Below are positions 22,430 through 35,350 of a stretch of 64,000 nt of DNA, in pieces. Every line of letters begins with the position of its first letter. The stretch's first letter is position 1. The notes beneath the pieces are model-generated. The model saw nothing but the letters and a program-made list of their open reading frames with translations, did not search any database and was not told where the DNA came from. Made by a program: the position numbers and the translations under genes. Origin of the DNA: Negaprion brevirostris (taxonomy: Eukaryota); contig JARDVH010000084.1 in NCBI GenBank assembly GCA_030324005.1, positions 95,652,876-95,716,875 of the forward strand, written 5' to 3'.

Positions 22430-23805
22430 NNNNNNNNNNNNNNNNNNNNNNNNNNNNNNNNNNNNNNNNNNNNNNNNNNNNNNNNNNNNNNNNNNNNNNN
22501 NNNNNNNNNNNNNNNNNNNNNNNNNNNNNNNNNNNNNNNNNNNNNNNNNNNNNNNNNNNNNNNNNNNNNNNNNNNNNNNNNNNNNNNNNNNNNNNNNNNN
22601 NNNNNNNNNNNNNNNNNNNNNNNNNNNNNNNNNNNNNNNNNNNNNNNNNNNNNNNNNNNNNNNNNNNNNNNNNNNNNNNNNNNNNNNNNNNNNNNCTCTC
22701 ATCACAACAAAGCTCACTTGTTTGGCTGACCGCAAACAGTCCCCACAGTTCCCTAAATTCCATCAGCGTAAACGTGGCCCCAATACCTGTGATTGACAGG
22801 TCTGTTCCTTGGAATCCACAATCACCACTGCACAACAGAACCAGAAGAGATCTCTCACCAGGCACAGATAGAGATGACAGCAGAATAATGGGGGACATTT
22901 GGTAATATTAGCATGCGCTCTACTGCTTGGATAAAGTGAATTTCTCTTCTGAAATGCTGATTCATCAACAACAACTGCTTTCTGTGAAACCTGCTGCTTG
23001 CTAGGGACACCACAGTGATGGAACAGAAACAGGTCCAAGAAAGTTTCTGGTGTAAATTGAAGGATGTCATACTTACACTCTGTGCTGCATCTCTTTAAAG
23101 TTTGCAGGAGGTGATTCTGAGTGGCAGGACCAACATTTACTTCCCAACCCTAGTGACATTGAAACAACTGGCTTGTTAGGCTACTGGAGTCATGAATCTG
23201 CCAAGACTGGGGAAAAGTGAGCAGTTTCCTTCTCCAAAAGAAATATTGCAGCCTTTTCAGCATTGAAAGAAGTGACCTTACAGAGATATGTATTGGTTGT
23301 ATTTGCATGATAACGATCCCATTAATGCAAAGTCATTTCACTTTGTAACAACAGTGCAAGGCCTAACTTGAACACAACCTCAACCTGGTTTCTGGCCCTC
23401 GCCCTAACCAAGTAAAATGATCTCTAGAGGAAGCAAATTTGTTCTCTTTTACATCAGAATCAGCCTGCTCATCTAGGTCCACTCCACACTTAGCAAATGG
23501 CTAGCAGAAAAAAAATGGCCATGATGGTTTTAGATTTGTAGTGTGAATGAGCTTCCCAAATGATTTTGCAAAAGCTACCACAGTACTTCAAACTAAAACT
23601 GTGAGAGTTAAGACAGGATGGTGGAGAGGGTTCCAGGCAAATTGTAGGTTGGCACAGAGTGATCACCGCATTGACTAAGCACTGGATCAGCTCTCTGCAA
23701 TTGTTGAAGAAAGAGCTGGTGCTGTTAACAGGAGCACTAAAGGGTATTTCTGGAGAAATGGGCCTACTCCTTTAAGTCGCACATCTGTCTTGGTGATCTT
23801 TTTAT

Positions 23806-24045
23806 TGTAAAAAGTCTGACAACACCAGGTTTTAGTCCAACCGATTTATTTGATAATAAACCCACAAGCTTTTNNNNNNNNNNNNNNNNNNNNNNNNNNN
23901 NNNNNNNNNNNNNNNNNNNNNNNNNNNNNNNNNNNNNNNNNNNNNNNNNNNNNNNNNNNNNNNNNNNNNNNNNTTGGACTAAAACCTGGTGTTGTCAGAC
24001 TTTTTACTGTGTTTACCCCAGTCCAACACCGGCATACCCACATCA
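23806..24045. mobile_element. Palindromic Penelope-type terminal repeat spanning a gap
   Basis: gtaaaaagtctgacaacaccaggttttagtccaa and its exact reverse complement flank the gap. Confidence 0.6.
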
Positions 24046-25159
24046 TGATCTTTTTATTGACAGGTAATCATTCTCCTCCCTGCAGTACTCCTTTTTAACC
24101 AACTGATGGTGATATTGCTTTATATTGTAATAACGCTTAAGGCTGAAATCTGCCGTTGCCTGAAGACATGCAATTGTGATCACAAATTAAGATTAAACAA
24201 TTTGCTGCCCAAAATAAAACAATTTTTAGTATAAAAATGTGTCTGAGCTGATTTGGAGAGACTGAAAAAACTGTTAATTCACACCAAATAAGGCAAAAGA
24301 GGAGTACCATGGGCTAAAAGATACATTACTTTGGTGCTCAGTCTGACTTGGCAATACTGTTGTCGACTGTGGTTAAATATATTCCTGGAGGTTTCAGCAC
24401 ATGACTTGCCCTCAAGCTCCAGCCATTCATCAGCCAACACACCCATCCTTGTGGAGTTCTACATTACAATGCCAATTGGAAAGCAAAAAGACTCATCACC
24501 AAAACTAATAGCGAAAAAACGTTTCCTCTATCCCTTTCCCCCCTCACTGTTTTCAGTGATTTCATATCTGGTGTAGTGCAATTTAAAGAAAAAAATCTTT
24601 TTTCATATTCCAACTAGTTTTCTGTAGGACTGCATGCAGCAGTGACCTGGTGATTGATCTTCAATTCCTTGAAGCTCCAGTCCAATTCTGGAGGTTTGGC
24701 AACCCTACTTTGGCAAATCAAGGATCATAGTTCTGGACTGGTGAACAGATTCATTTCTGATCTTGTTAAGATTGGAGGATGTGGGAATCACAAGACCGTG
24801 TATCCCTCACAAATGAGAGTTCTGAGATTTTTCCCCCTCTGAAAATAACATGGGATGCATTTAAGGGGAATCTTGTGAAATAGCGAAGGGATAAAGGAAT
24901 AGAATGTGATAGGGTGACATGAAGGGATTCGAGTAGAGCTTAAACACCAGTTGGTGTGGTGTTGAAGATTCACTGTATTTTATTGAGTAATTTCTATATT
25001 TCAGCAGTAATTGCACTTCTAACGGTGCTTTAATTGGCTCTAACATATTTTGGCACCTTTGGAGGCTTTGAAAGGTGCTATGTCCAGTCATATTTTTTAT
25101 TGTTACCAGTGTTGTGCATTCACTTCATGCATTCATGTAAAGGGTTGCTTGGACCCTCC

Positions 25160-26172
25160 AGTGATCAGCAGTGTGCCTGAGGGATCGGTGCTAGGTCCAT
25201 TGTTATTTGTCGTTTATATTAATGATTTGGATGAGGATTTAGGAGGCATGGTTGGTAAGGTTGTAGATGTGACCAAGATTGGTGGCATTGTGGACAGTGA
25301 AGAAGGTTATCTAGGATTGCAACAGGATCTTGATCAATTTGGGCCACTGGACTGATGAATGGCAGATGGAGTTTAGTTTAGTTTAGATAAATGTGAGGTG
25401 ATGCNNNNNNNNNNNNNNNNNNNNNNNNNNNNNNNNNNNNNNNNNNNNNNNNNNNNNNNNNNNNNNNNNNNNNNNNNNNNNNNNNNNNNNNNNNNNNNNN
25501 NNNNNNNNNNNNNNNNNNNNNNNNNNNNNNNNNNNNNNNNNNNNNNNNNNNNNNNNNNNNNNNNNNNNNNNNNNNNNNNNNNNNNNNNNNNNNNNNNNNN
25601 NNNNNNNNNNNNNNNNNNNNNNNNNNNNNNNNNNNNNNNNNNNNNNNNNNNNNNACCCTATTATAGAAAGGATATTATTAAACTAGAAAGAGTGCAGAAA
25701 AGATTTACTAGGATGCTACCAGGACTTGATGTTTTGAGTTATAAGGAAAGGTTGGATAGACTGGGACTATTTTCCCTGGAGCATAGGAGACTTAGGGATG
25801 ATCTTATAGAGGTCTATAAAATAATGAGGGCCATAGATAAGATAGTCACCATCTTTTCTCAAAGGTAGGGGAGTCTAAAACTAGGAGGCATAGGTTTAAG
25901 GTGAGGGGGGAGACGTACAAAAGGGTCCAGAGAGGCAATTCTTCCACACAGCGGGTGGTGAGTGTCTGGAACAAGCTGCCAGAGGTAGTAGTAGAGGCAG
26001 GTACAGTTTTGTTTTTTAAAAAGCATTTAGACAGTTACATGGGCAAAATGGATATAAAGGGATATGGGCCAACCGCAGGCAATTAGGACTAGCTTAGCCG
26101 TTTTAAAAAAAGGATGGCATAGACAAGTTGGGCCGAAGGGCTTGGTTCCATTCTGTAAACTTCTATGACTCT
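25160..26172 (+). mobile_element. CR1 LINE, RT and 3' end
   Basis: SVPEGSVLGPLLFVVYINDLD RT motif; C-terminus closely similar to the 1-482 copy. Confidence 0.92.
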
Positions 26173-26569
26173 TTATTCATATAAATGAGGCTCCAGTGGG
26201 CTCTGGGGTGGGTAAGTTACCAGCCAGAAGTGCATTAAGCCATTGTGAGGATGGATCACTATTTCTTGTTGCTGTACTGTGATGATGGTACTGTTGGCCC
26301 TTCCATCATTCTTGTATATCAGTTGCTTATGAACTGTTGTTGTGGAAAGACTTTGAAGCAGCTCCTGACAGATTGTTATAGGACTTGGAAATGGATGGCG
26401 CAGGCATTGTGTTGGAAACAACATCTGTATTAATCACCTGATGTCTCATACAGAAGGCAGATTGTCAATCCAATCCAAACACACTTCTGTCACCTGCACT
26501 TGTACTGAGTGTCAAACAATACACTGACACTGGCTGAGTTCCCACACATTCTTTGGTATCAATCACAAA

Positions 26570-27250
26570 CCTTCTGTATTCCCATTAAACACTTCCAGGC
26601 CAGGTACTGCATGGATTTGATACAGAATAATGCTCCCTGTACACCTTCCCATTAAAAACTCCTAGGAGAGGTACGCCATTGGTTAGATATAGATTAAAGC
26701 TCCCTATGCACTGTCCCATCAAACATCCCAGGATAGTTAGAGCAAGGATTAGATATGGAAGGAAAGCTTCCTCTATTCTTCCTCACTGAAATCCAAGGGT
26801 AGGTACAGCATGGGTTAGGTACAGATTAAAGCTCCCGATGTGTTGTCCCATCAGACACAATGGGCATGCATTAGATATAGAGGAATGCACCCTCTATGCT
26901 GTGCCATCAAACACTCCCAGGACAGGTACAGCACAGGGTTAAATATCGAGTAAAGCTCCCTCTACATTGTCCCCATCAAACAATCCCCGGACAGATACAG
27001 CATGGGGTTAGATACAGAATAAAACTTGTCCACATGTCCCATCGTACATGCCCAGAACAGGTACAGCAGAGAGTAGAGACAGCACAGGGTAGATACACTG
27101 TCTCTCTGCACTGTCCCCATTAAACATCCCCAGGACAGATACAGCATGCAGTTAGATAAAGCTCTTACTACACTATCCTATCAAAATGCTTTCAAGTTAG
27201 GCATGGATTAAGTTAATTACAGAATAAAGCTCCCATTATACTTTTCCCAG
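26570..27250 (+). repeat. ~68-bp tandem repeat (about 10 degenerate units)
   Basis: Unit cactgtcccatcaaacactcccaggacaggtacagcacgggttagatacagagtaaagctccctcta. Confidence 0.9.
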
Positions 27251-28194
27251 CACAGTATTTTACCTGCAAAATGGCTACTTCACTCATTGTTTTAATTTGG
27301 CTCGTTAGCCATCCTCTGACAAAGAAAATTCAGTTATTATTAATGATGTGGAGAGTGTGTCTTTGGACTGGTGCTGAATTGAAGCTGGAATGAAATTGTC
27401 CAAACTCATTTGATGTGTCAGGATTGTAGCCATGCTTCAACATGTTGTTAGAGCTAGCTTACAGCACCCTTAGACTTTTGCTCTTGTACTCAAAGCAGAA
27501 CACTTCAGAAATAAACAGGGACACCTGCGATGTGACTCTGTACTACCCAGTTTTGTACTGCTTCTCCAAACATACATTACACTGATTTTGAGCTGCCAGA
27601 AGTAGAAATCACTAAGAAATTCTTTGACATATTTGAATAACAATATGAAAAATATCAGTCTCAAATGGCACTAGACAGCACTAGCTCCTTCAATAAACAT
27701 GATCTTGCCCAGCACTTCACAAAAATCCTGAGGTTAAAATTCACCCTTAACTGGGGCAGAAAATTGACAATGGGGGCTGGACCACCCCTAATACAACGTG
27801 TCTAATTTATTTTTCAATTGACAGCCAGCCTGACCTGATCTGCGATCAGTTGAACTTCAGCTCCACTGGGTTGAAGGAACTGGTATGCTTGTAAAAATAA
27901 TGTATAAAAGTGCTCATTATTTGGTCAGTTCTTCAAAACGTTGTAAATTACAGCCATTAATGCTGAATGTAGAAACTCAGACAGGTTAGTGGAAACTGGA
28001 TGCACTCTCAACATCTACACCCATTTAAATACCAGCAAACCATTTTGGACCAGCCATAGTATGAATGGGATAGTCATGACTAGACTTCTCCTTAACACCT
28101 GCACATCCCTAAACACAAACAAAATTACTTCACTTAACCGCTTACTCCAATTCAGGGTTGCGAGGCAGAGTATATCCTGACAGACACTGGACAT

Positions 28195-28445
28195 TCGGCA
28201 GGGTACATTCAGGATGGGATGCCAGTCTATCACAGGGCGCACATTCACACAGACAAACCGGGGGGCAACTTACCATGTCCAATTCACCTAACTTGCACAT
28301 CTTTGGACTGTGGGAGGAAACCGGAGCATCCTTTGAAAACCCACGCAGACACAGGGAGAATGTGCAAACTCCATACAGACAAATACCCAAGCCAGAATTG
28401 AACCTGGGTCCCTGGAGCTGTGAAGCAGCAGTGCTAACCACTGCT
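28195..28445 (-). mobile_element. V-SINE (HE1-like head, different tail)
   Basis: gtggttagcactgctgcttcacagctccagggacccaggttcaattc plus V domain; tail has gactggcatcccatcc. Confidence 0.85.
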
Positions 28446-29994
28446 CACGCCCCCACCTCCCGTCCCCAAAAACCCAACAGCCAATCAATTAGCTATCAAA
28501 TCACAAAATGAAGAAAGCATCACTGATGCTGGTGTGTGGAACAGCAGCAAAACAGCAACCAGTCCTTTGAACCAAATTGCTGTGTTAATAGGATACTTCA
28601 AAATCTACACTTACCTAAATACCAGCAAAGCACAAAGTCAATCATTTTGAATGAAAAGAAGAGTGAATACATAGACAGATGTTCAATTTTTCAACTTGCA
28701 TCTATACTGAAAGACATTGCTTTTTTCAATAGGTTATGCTAGTTAGTTGATGTGAAATAGTTTTATTTTTCATCCATAGAGGGAATTGTAAGTTGGCTGA
28801 CAGGATATGGAACTGGACGGAAAAGATGAGTGTGATCTAGCTCAAAGTTGTCCATGATCTGAAATAATGCTTTGGTGGTACTGAACCTGAAAGAAAGGTA
28901 GGAATAGGATGATGGGACGAGGAGTAGGAAAAGTAATGAGCAAGTTTGGGATATTTCTGAACAATTTCTACAAAAGTTGCACCCCTTCCTCAAAGCAGCT
29001 ACAGTAATTTATACTGTTGCAGTTTTATCAGCCAAGCTGACTAATGTTTCATCTGTTTTCTCTAACTTTCTTTCATCCTCTGCTGTTGGTAGTCCTGACT
29101 TTTGGTGGGTGTGGTTTTCAAAGGAATCCTTCCCCCTACAAAAGCCTTGGTTGAGTGCAATCCTTTCATCAAAGGGCATCAATATAGAAGCATCATGGGG
29201 CTACCTGAGTAGGAACCCAGGGCTAATTTCTTCTTTCCATGGCACACTAAAACTAACTAGCATTCAGATCAGTACTTCAGCACAGACCAGGAATCATTCC
29301 TCAGGTCGGCCTGAGCCTGCTACTGTCCCAATAAAATTCTCAACCTCATGTTTAGATCTCTCCAGGGCCTTTTACCTACCTATCTTTGTAATATTGTTTA
29401 ACTGATCAACTGTCAGAGACCTCAAACATCTCTGATTTGTAGTTCCCTTTTTGTTCCACTATCAGTGGCCTTACCTTCAACAAAACAGGTCCTAATATCA
29501 GGATTTCATCCCTAACTGTCTCTGCCTGTATCTCCTTCCCTTTCCTTTTCTGAAATATCTTCCTTGAAACCAACTTTTTGACCAAGCTTTTAGTCACCCA
29601 CTCTAATCTTGGTGTCACTCTGATCTGATTATGTTTTAGAACATTTGCCTACATTAAGTATGTTTTATATGTATGTGCAAGATGTTGCTTATGTAACACC
29701 AGGCATCTCATGAACCAACAACCATTGGGAGCAGCTCAATAGGATCTGTGGCAAGTTAGAAAATCTCAGGACTTTGCACTGACAGACATACTGAAGTACT
29801 TTGGAAGTTCAGTCTGCAGTAGTAAGAGCTGAAACACAGCGACTAATGACAATTTTTTTGGGGGAAAAACAAAGCACCACTTCAAACCACAAAGCAGGTA
29901 CAAGAGAACCAGATCTTATCTGAATAGTCAAAAGAACTCAACTTCAAACATTCATTTTTTTTTAAAAGGTGACCCAACTTGGTATTATAGTTCC

Positions 29995-30281
29995 TGTTTC
30001 TCTCCTCCCTTCACTCCCTTGCTCCACTTGCTCCCTTGCTCCCCTCACTCCCTCACACCCTCGCTCCCTCATACCCTCGGTCCACTTGCTCCCTTACTCC
30101 CTCATTGCCCTCGTTCCCTCACACCCTCACTCCCTCGCTGCCTTCACTCCCTCGTTCTCACACTGCCCTCGCTCCCTCATTGCCCTCGCTCTCTCGCTGC
30201 CCTCACACCCTCACACCTTCACTGCCCTCGTTCCCCTCACTCTCTCACTGTCCTCACTCCCCTCACTTCCTCACTACCCTC
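29995..30281 (+). repeat. C/T-rich low-complexity repeat (ccctcact/ccctcgct)n
   Basis: Direct inspection; ends at an N gap. Confidence 0.9.
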
Positions 30282-31823
30282 NNNNNNNNNNNNNNNNNNN
30301 NNNNNNNNNNNNNNNNNNNNNNNNNNNNNNNNNNNNNNNNNNNNNNNNNNNNNNNNNNNNNNNNNNNNNNNNNNNNNNNNNCTTTCTAAACATCTGAAGG
30401 CTTGGCTCTTCACAGATTGAGCCTGTGATATTTTCGGGTGGAGCAAGTTCGGGATGGAATTTCCCTCTTTCCTCACCTTCTCCTATCCACACTACTCTCC
30501 TCCCCACCCTCTTCCTATCCAGACTTGTACATCTCCCCATCCCTGCCTATTTTCCTATTCCAATTTACTCACTATTATCAAATTTGTGTCTGTTCTCAGT
30601 AGGTGCTCTTGCCCTAACCTTGTCTTTTATTGCCCTTCTGGAGCTATTTATCAGCATGTGAAGTAATCTTAATCCTACTTTCAAATAGTTTAAACTGCTC
30701 AATATATTCAAGTAGTTGGGCGCCGTTGCTTGTGATTTGGCCGTACTCTGTTCAGTTGGTCATTTATAATACCAAGTGGAAAGGGCTATCACCCAGTGCT
30801 GAGTCCGTGGACTTGTTTGAATTCTCTTCTCCTTTGTACATGCAAGTTACTTCTCTTTGTTCCTGCACAACTAGACTGCCATTGGATAATCTGCTATTGA
30901 CAACTATCAGACATTGCCAGAGCACTGGAATCCATTTGGGGTACATTGCATTTGAAATCAGATCTTAGCAGAGAGAAATGAGCATATGGTGGCGGGTCTG
31001 GTTTGGTACCTAGTGGCAACTGTACCAACGTTTGGCCTACTCCAAAAAGGTCATTAGTGTAAACAGTGCGACAAACCTGAGTGTATGTTGGCAAAATCGC
31101 TGCACACCTTGTAGTAGTGAGCAGCCTCATGACCACTTAAAGAGTACATGCCCGCCCTTCATTCCCTTGTGCCAGCTAATACCCCACCCAACCAATTCGC
31201 TTCAGAGGTGGGCAATCGCATAGAGGAATTAAACAAAAGAAAAACATGCATGTGAGGTTACCATTGGCCTCCTGGTTTTCCCACTTGTACATAACCAGGG
31301 CAGAACCCTGCCTAATTACTGTCAACTATTTCCCAGGTCAAACCTCATCTTCACAATCTCACAAGCTGCCTTTCCAAAACTGAGGACATTTAAGTGGGGG
31401 CCATCCCACTTCTGTCCTGGTACCTCCCCACTGCACAAAAACATGCATGCCACTGAAAGTAGTTAAAATTTTTGCAATGGTGCCAGCCAATTTTCCCTGA
31501 ACATCGCCAGCGCAGTTGCCCCCAGCCCATTTTAAGGGGTGGGTCGAATGCTGATTCTGAAAAAAAAACATGGTATCTTAAGGAGGGTTGGATAGTAGTA
31601 GGAATGTCCCTGCTGAGTATTTATTAGAAACTGATAGCTGTCCAATTATGACACGCATCATGGCAGGAGCCCCTTTGCTTATAGTTGGGGAGGCGGGGAG
31701 AAAATCTGCAGCAGTTTGTTCAGATGAGGTTTGACCGGAGCCGTCCTATCCCGACAAGACTGGTTTGCAGACGCTGCTCCCTCAGTGTCATTTGTTGATC
31801 TTTGAGGTGATGATTTTCTGTAC

Positions 31824-31911
31824 CTGAACGTCGATTATCCGCTGCTTGGCATCAATGGCCTCCTGCATGTTGGCGTGGTCTTTCCTCAACTCGTCTTCCA
31901 CCACCATTAAC
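31824..31911 (-). CDS. SYNGAP1: SYNGAP1 exon 18 equivalent
   Basis: gcccacag|...|gtacag, 88 bp; (R)LMVVEDELRKDHANMQEAIDAKQRIIDVQ; not present in the ORF track. Confidence 0.93.
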
Positions 31912-32039
31912 CTGTGGGCAGAGGCAAAAGGCAACACAACTCAGCAATTGAGAGAAGGCTTGGGTGCTTGTGGAGGAGCCATTGACATTTACCCTCATTT
32001 TGTGTCCCTTCTTGTCAAACCACAAGTACATCCATAAAC

Positions 32040-32465
32040 CCCAGATTTTATAAGTTGCTGGTTAGGCCTCAGCTGAAGCCAATTCTAAGCTTCAGAATGC
32101 TGTGGTCTGAGAGAGAGTGCAGAAGTGATTCATTGGAATAGTATCAGAGACTTTTATTGTGTAGAGACCTAGACAAGGTCAAGCTGTTCTCCATATAGCA
32201 TCAAAAGTTAAGGAGGGATTTAAGAAAGGTATTCATAATTGTGAAGTGTTTTGATAAGTTAGTAAGCAGAAACTATTTCTACTTTTCAGTAAGCAGAGGA
32301 CGTAGATTTAAGGTAAACTGGCAAAAGAGCTGGAGAGGTGCTAATGAGAATTTTTATGAAATGAGTTTGCTATGATCTAAATACATTTTCTGTAAGGAAA
32401 GCTGATACAATGGCTTTCAAAGGGAATTGGGTGTATATTTGAAACAAAGATAAAAGTGCTATTGG
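32040..32465 (+). mobile_element. Highly decayed CR1 fragment
   Basis: ggttaggcctcagctg...agagagtgcagaag...tttcaaagggaattgg motifs. Confidence 0.65.
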
Positions 32466-34659
32466 GGGGTGGGGGTGTGGAGAGGGTGGAGGGCAGTAAT
32501 TCCATGGCATAATTCAGCTAGCTATGCTTTGCACCTTCTCTAAGGTCTTGGCAGCCCTCTGAAAGTGCTGTGTCCAGAATGAGAGACAGTACTACAGCCA
32601 AGGCCTCATAAGTTATTTGTAAAGTTTAAGGTCTTGGTGCAGAGTAAAGGTCCATAATGCCAAGTTTGAAATAAACTTGAAATAGCTGAGATGACTGAAT
32701 AGTTCGTAGTCAGGTCTCAGGTAAACTAAATGTAGAGTTCTAAAGGATTGAAGACTAGAAAAATGAGAAGACTGGTGAGAAGCTCTTGGTGCTGAATTTC
32801 TGGGAAGAATAAGTTCAGAGTAGAAGACAGTGCAGTCAGCCCAGATCTCAACCATAAAGATGCAAAGAGGAGGCATAATGAAGGACTGAATGGTCTACTC
32901 CTGTTCCTATATAATTACTTATATAACCAAATGGACTTGTGTTCCGAAATGTATCTCAGCATCTAACTCTTTACTAGTCTACAAGAGGTTAGCAATGACT
33001 CAGTTAGTTGTACTTGCCTCAGGTTGTGAGTTCAAGACCTACTATAGAGACTTGAACAAAAAAAATGAAGGTTGCTGCTCCCCTTCATTGTTGGAGTGTC
33101 CGTTTAAAGTCTCACCCAAAAATCAAGACCTGTGTTGCCTTCCTAAGTGGAACTTAAAGATTCCATGGCACTGTTTTAAAGATGAACAGGGAGCAGTTGC
33201 GCTTGGTCAATATTTATTCCTCAACCAGTATCATTAAAGTATAATCTGATCATACTGCTGTTGTGAGGAACTTGTGCACTAACTGATTTCCCCATTTCCT
33301 GCGTTGTAACAATGAATAAGATATAATTCAAGTACGTAATTGATTGAGAAGCTACTGTAAAGTACTTTGGGACACCCTGAGGCAGCACAGAAATGCAAGT
33401 TTGTCTTTGTTAAACTCTACGTTATGCAGCCCAAAATTTATTTTTAGAATCTATTTGCAGTTACTTACAATTCAGAATTGTGAATGCCATCTGCCATTCA
33501 ACTGCTTGAGTTGCTAAATATCTGTAGGCCTTGTTGAATGCTTTCCTTTCCTCACAACATCCTGTTTTCCCACGCAATTTGGCACAATCCACCAACATAT
33601 GTTCTCCTTATATGATAGAATGGCTTTAAGAAGTGGTTTTGTAATACCCTAGGGCGCCTGGTTGCTGTGGTATCCAGCTCATTCCATATCATCAGAGCAA
33701 CAGACAAATCATACTTGTGTGAAAGTCACATTGCATATTATTATTTGTGGTTTGTAAAAACCTGTAGAGGCTTAGTGATGTGCAAAAAAAAAATTAGCTC
33801 CACTCTTGGCCTAGGGGTACCTCAGAATGTTTTACTGCCAATTAAGTACATTTGAAATATAGTCGCTGTTGTAATGTAGGAAACACAGCAGTTAATTTCC
33901 ACACAGCAAAATTCCACAAACAGCAATCTGATGATGACCAGATAATCTGTTAGTTGTTGATTGAGGAATAAACATTAACTAGGATACAAGTAGGAAATTA
34001 CCAGCTCCTCCTCATGATGTTGCCATACGATATTTTACTTCCACCTGAGAGTGGGAGTATCATTGGTATAACTGCCGTCATGGTAGTTTGATGATTTGAA
34101 TTCAATTTTTAAAAATTTGGAAATGAAAAGTTGGTATCAGTAAAAAAAAAGCTTTTGAAGCTGTTATATTGTTGTAAAACCTAACTAGTTCTCTTTAAGG
34201 AATGAAGCCCACTGTTCTTATCAGATCTACCCCATTTTTGACTCCAGCCCCACCTTTGAATTGGCCATGTGAGCATATGGCCTTGCCAGCAATGCCCACG
34301 TCATTAGAATTTTTTTTTAAAAAAGTGAAAGAATGGCATAAAAAGCTTATGTCCTGATTCCTGGACCTCTTCAAGCAACTCTTGGCTTCCAACAGGAATC
34401 AATGCGATCTCCGTCAGGCACGGCAAGGTTGTTAACTGGGTTAACAGTAACATAAAGAATTGTTCTTGCATTTGTTTCCATGACTTCAAAAGAATTTGTT
34501 GACTTGTATCAAGAATTGCTAGTTCTGAAAGTTCCTGACATCTGTTCCACAAATGGAGCCAGAGAGGCTAATGATTGAATACTGCCACAAACACAATCTG
34601 CCCTATGTTTCAGTGGCAAAATTCCATCATCCTCACACCCAACATTTAACGCAAGTAGA

Positions 34660-35350
34660 AGCAAAGTACTGTGGCTGCTGAAATCTGAAATAAACATTGA
34701 AAATGCAGGAAGCCCTCAGCAGGTCAGGCAGCATATTTGCAGAAAGAAACAGTTAATGGGGATGATTTTCCCAAAAAGTTTCAAAGTGTCACAGCAGCGT
34801 GAAAACGGGAGTCCTCCACATTGGTCTTGTGCGCGAGCTTGGCACTGCAATTTTCTAGTGCTCTGTCACTTTCTTCAACGGCTGTGAAACCGCCTTCATA
34901 ATGCTCGGACATCATTGCACATGGCGCCCCGATCTCCTAGTGAACCAGGATATCTCCCATGATGCACTGCCCCTGGCACGTTTAGAGTACTGCCCGTCCA
35001 CACCTCCAACCGCCCAGGAGCTTCCAAACTCCTCGGCGTGGCCATGGTTCCTGGTCCCCATTACTGCAAGGCAGTTATGATTCTCACTACCGTGATGTCT
35101 CGCCAGTGGGAAGCATATTCGGAAAGGTGGAAGCAGCTGTGCTGAACTTAAGTAGATGTTAATGTAGTCAGTTCCTATGGGCAGGAACATAGCATGTCAA
35201 GGCTTGTCACACTGATGAACCAGCACAGTGAACTGGTAAGATATTTCAGATTGATGATCTTTCATTAAGTTATCATCCTGAAACGTTAATTCCTTTTGTT
35301 CCACACATGCTGACAAGCCTGCTGAGTATTTTCAGCATTTTCTAATTTTT
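34660..35350. mobile_element. Palindromic Penelope-derived element split by an insertion of about 480 bp
   Basis: Arms aaatgc..ctcagcaggtcaggcagcat..agttaa / ttaa..atgctgacaagcctgctgagtattttcagcatttt; related copy at 63570-63720. Confidence 0.55.

Noticed and set aside
26570-27250. CRISPR-like periodicity
   Set aside because: Whole units repeat without unique spacers; vertebrate context; no cas genes
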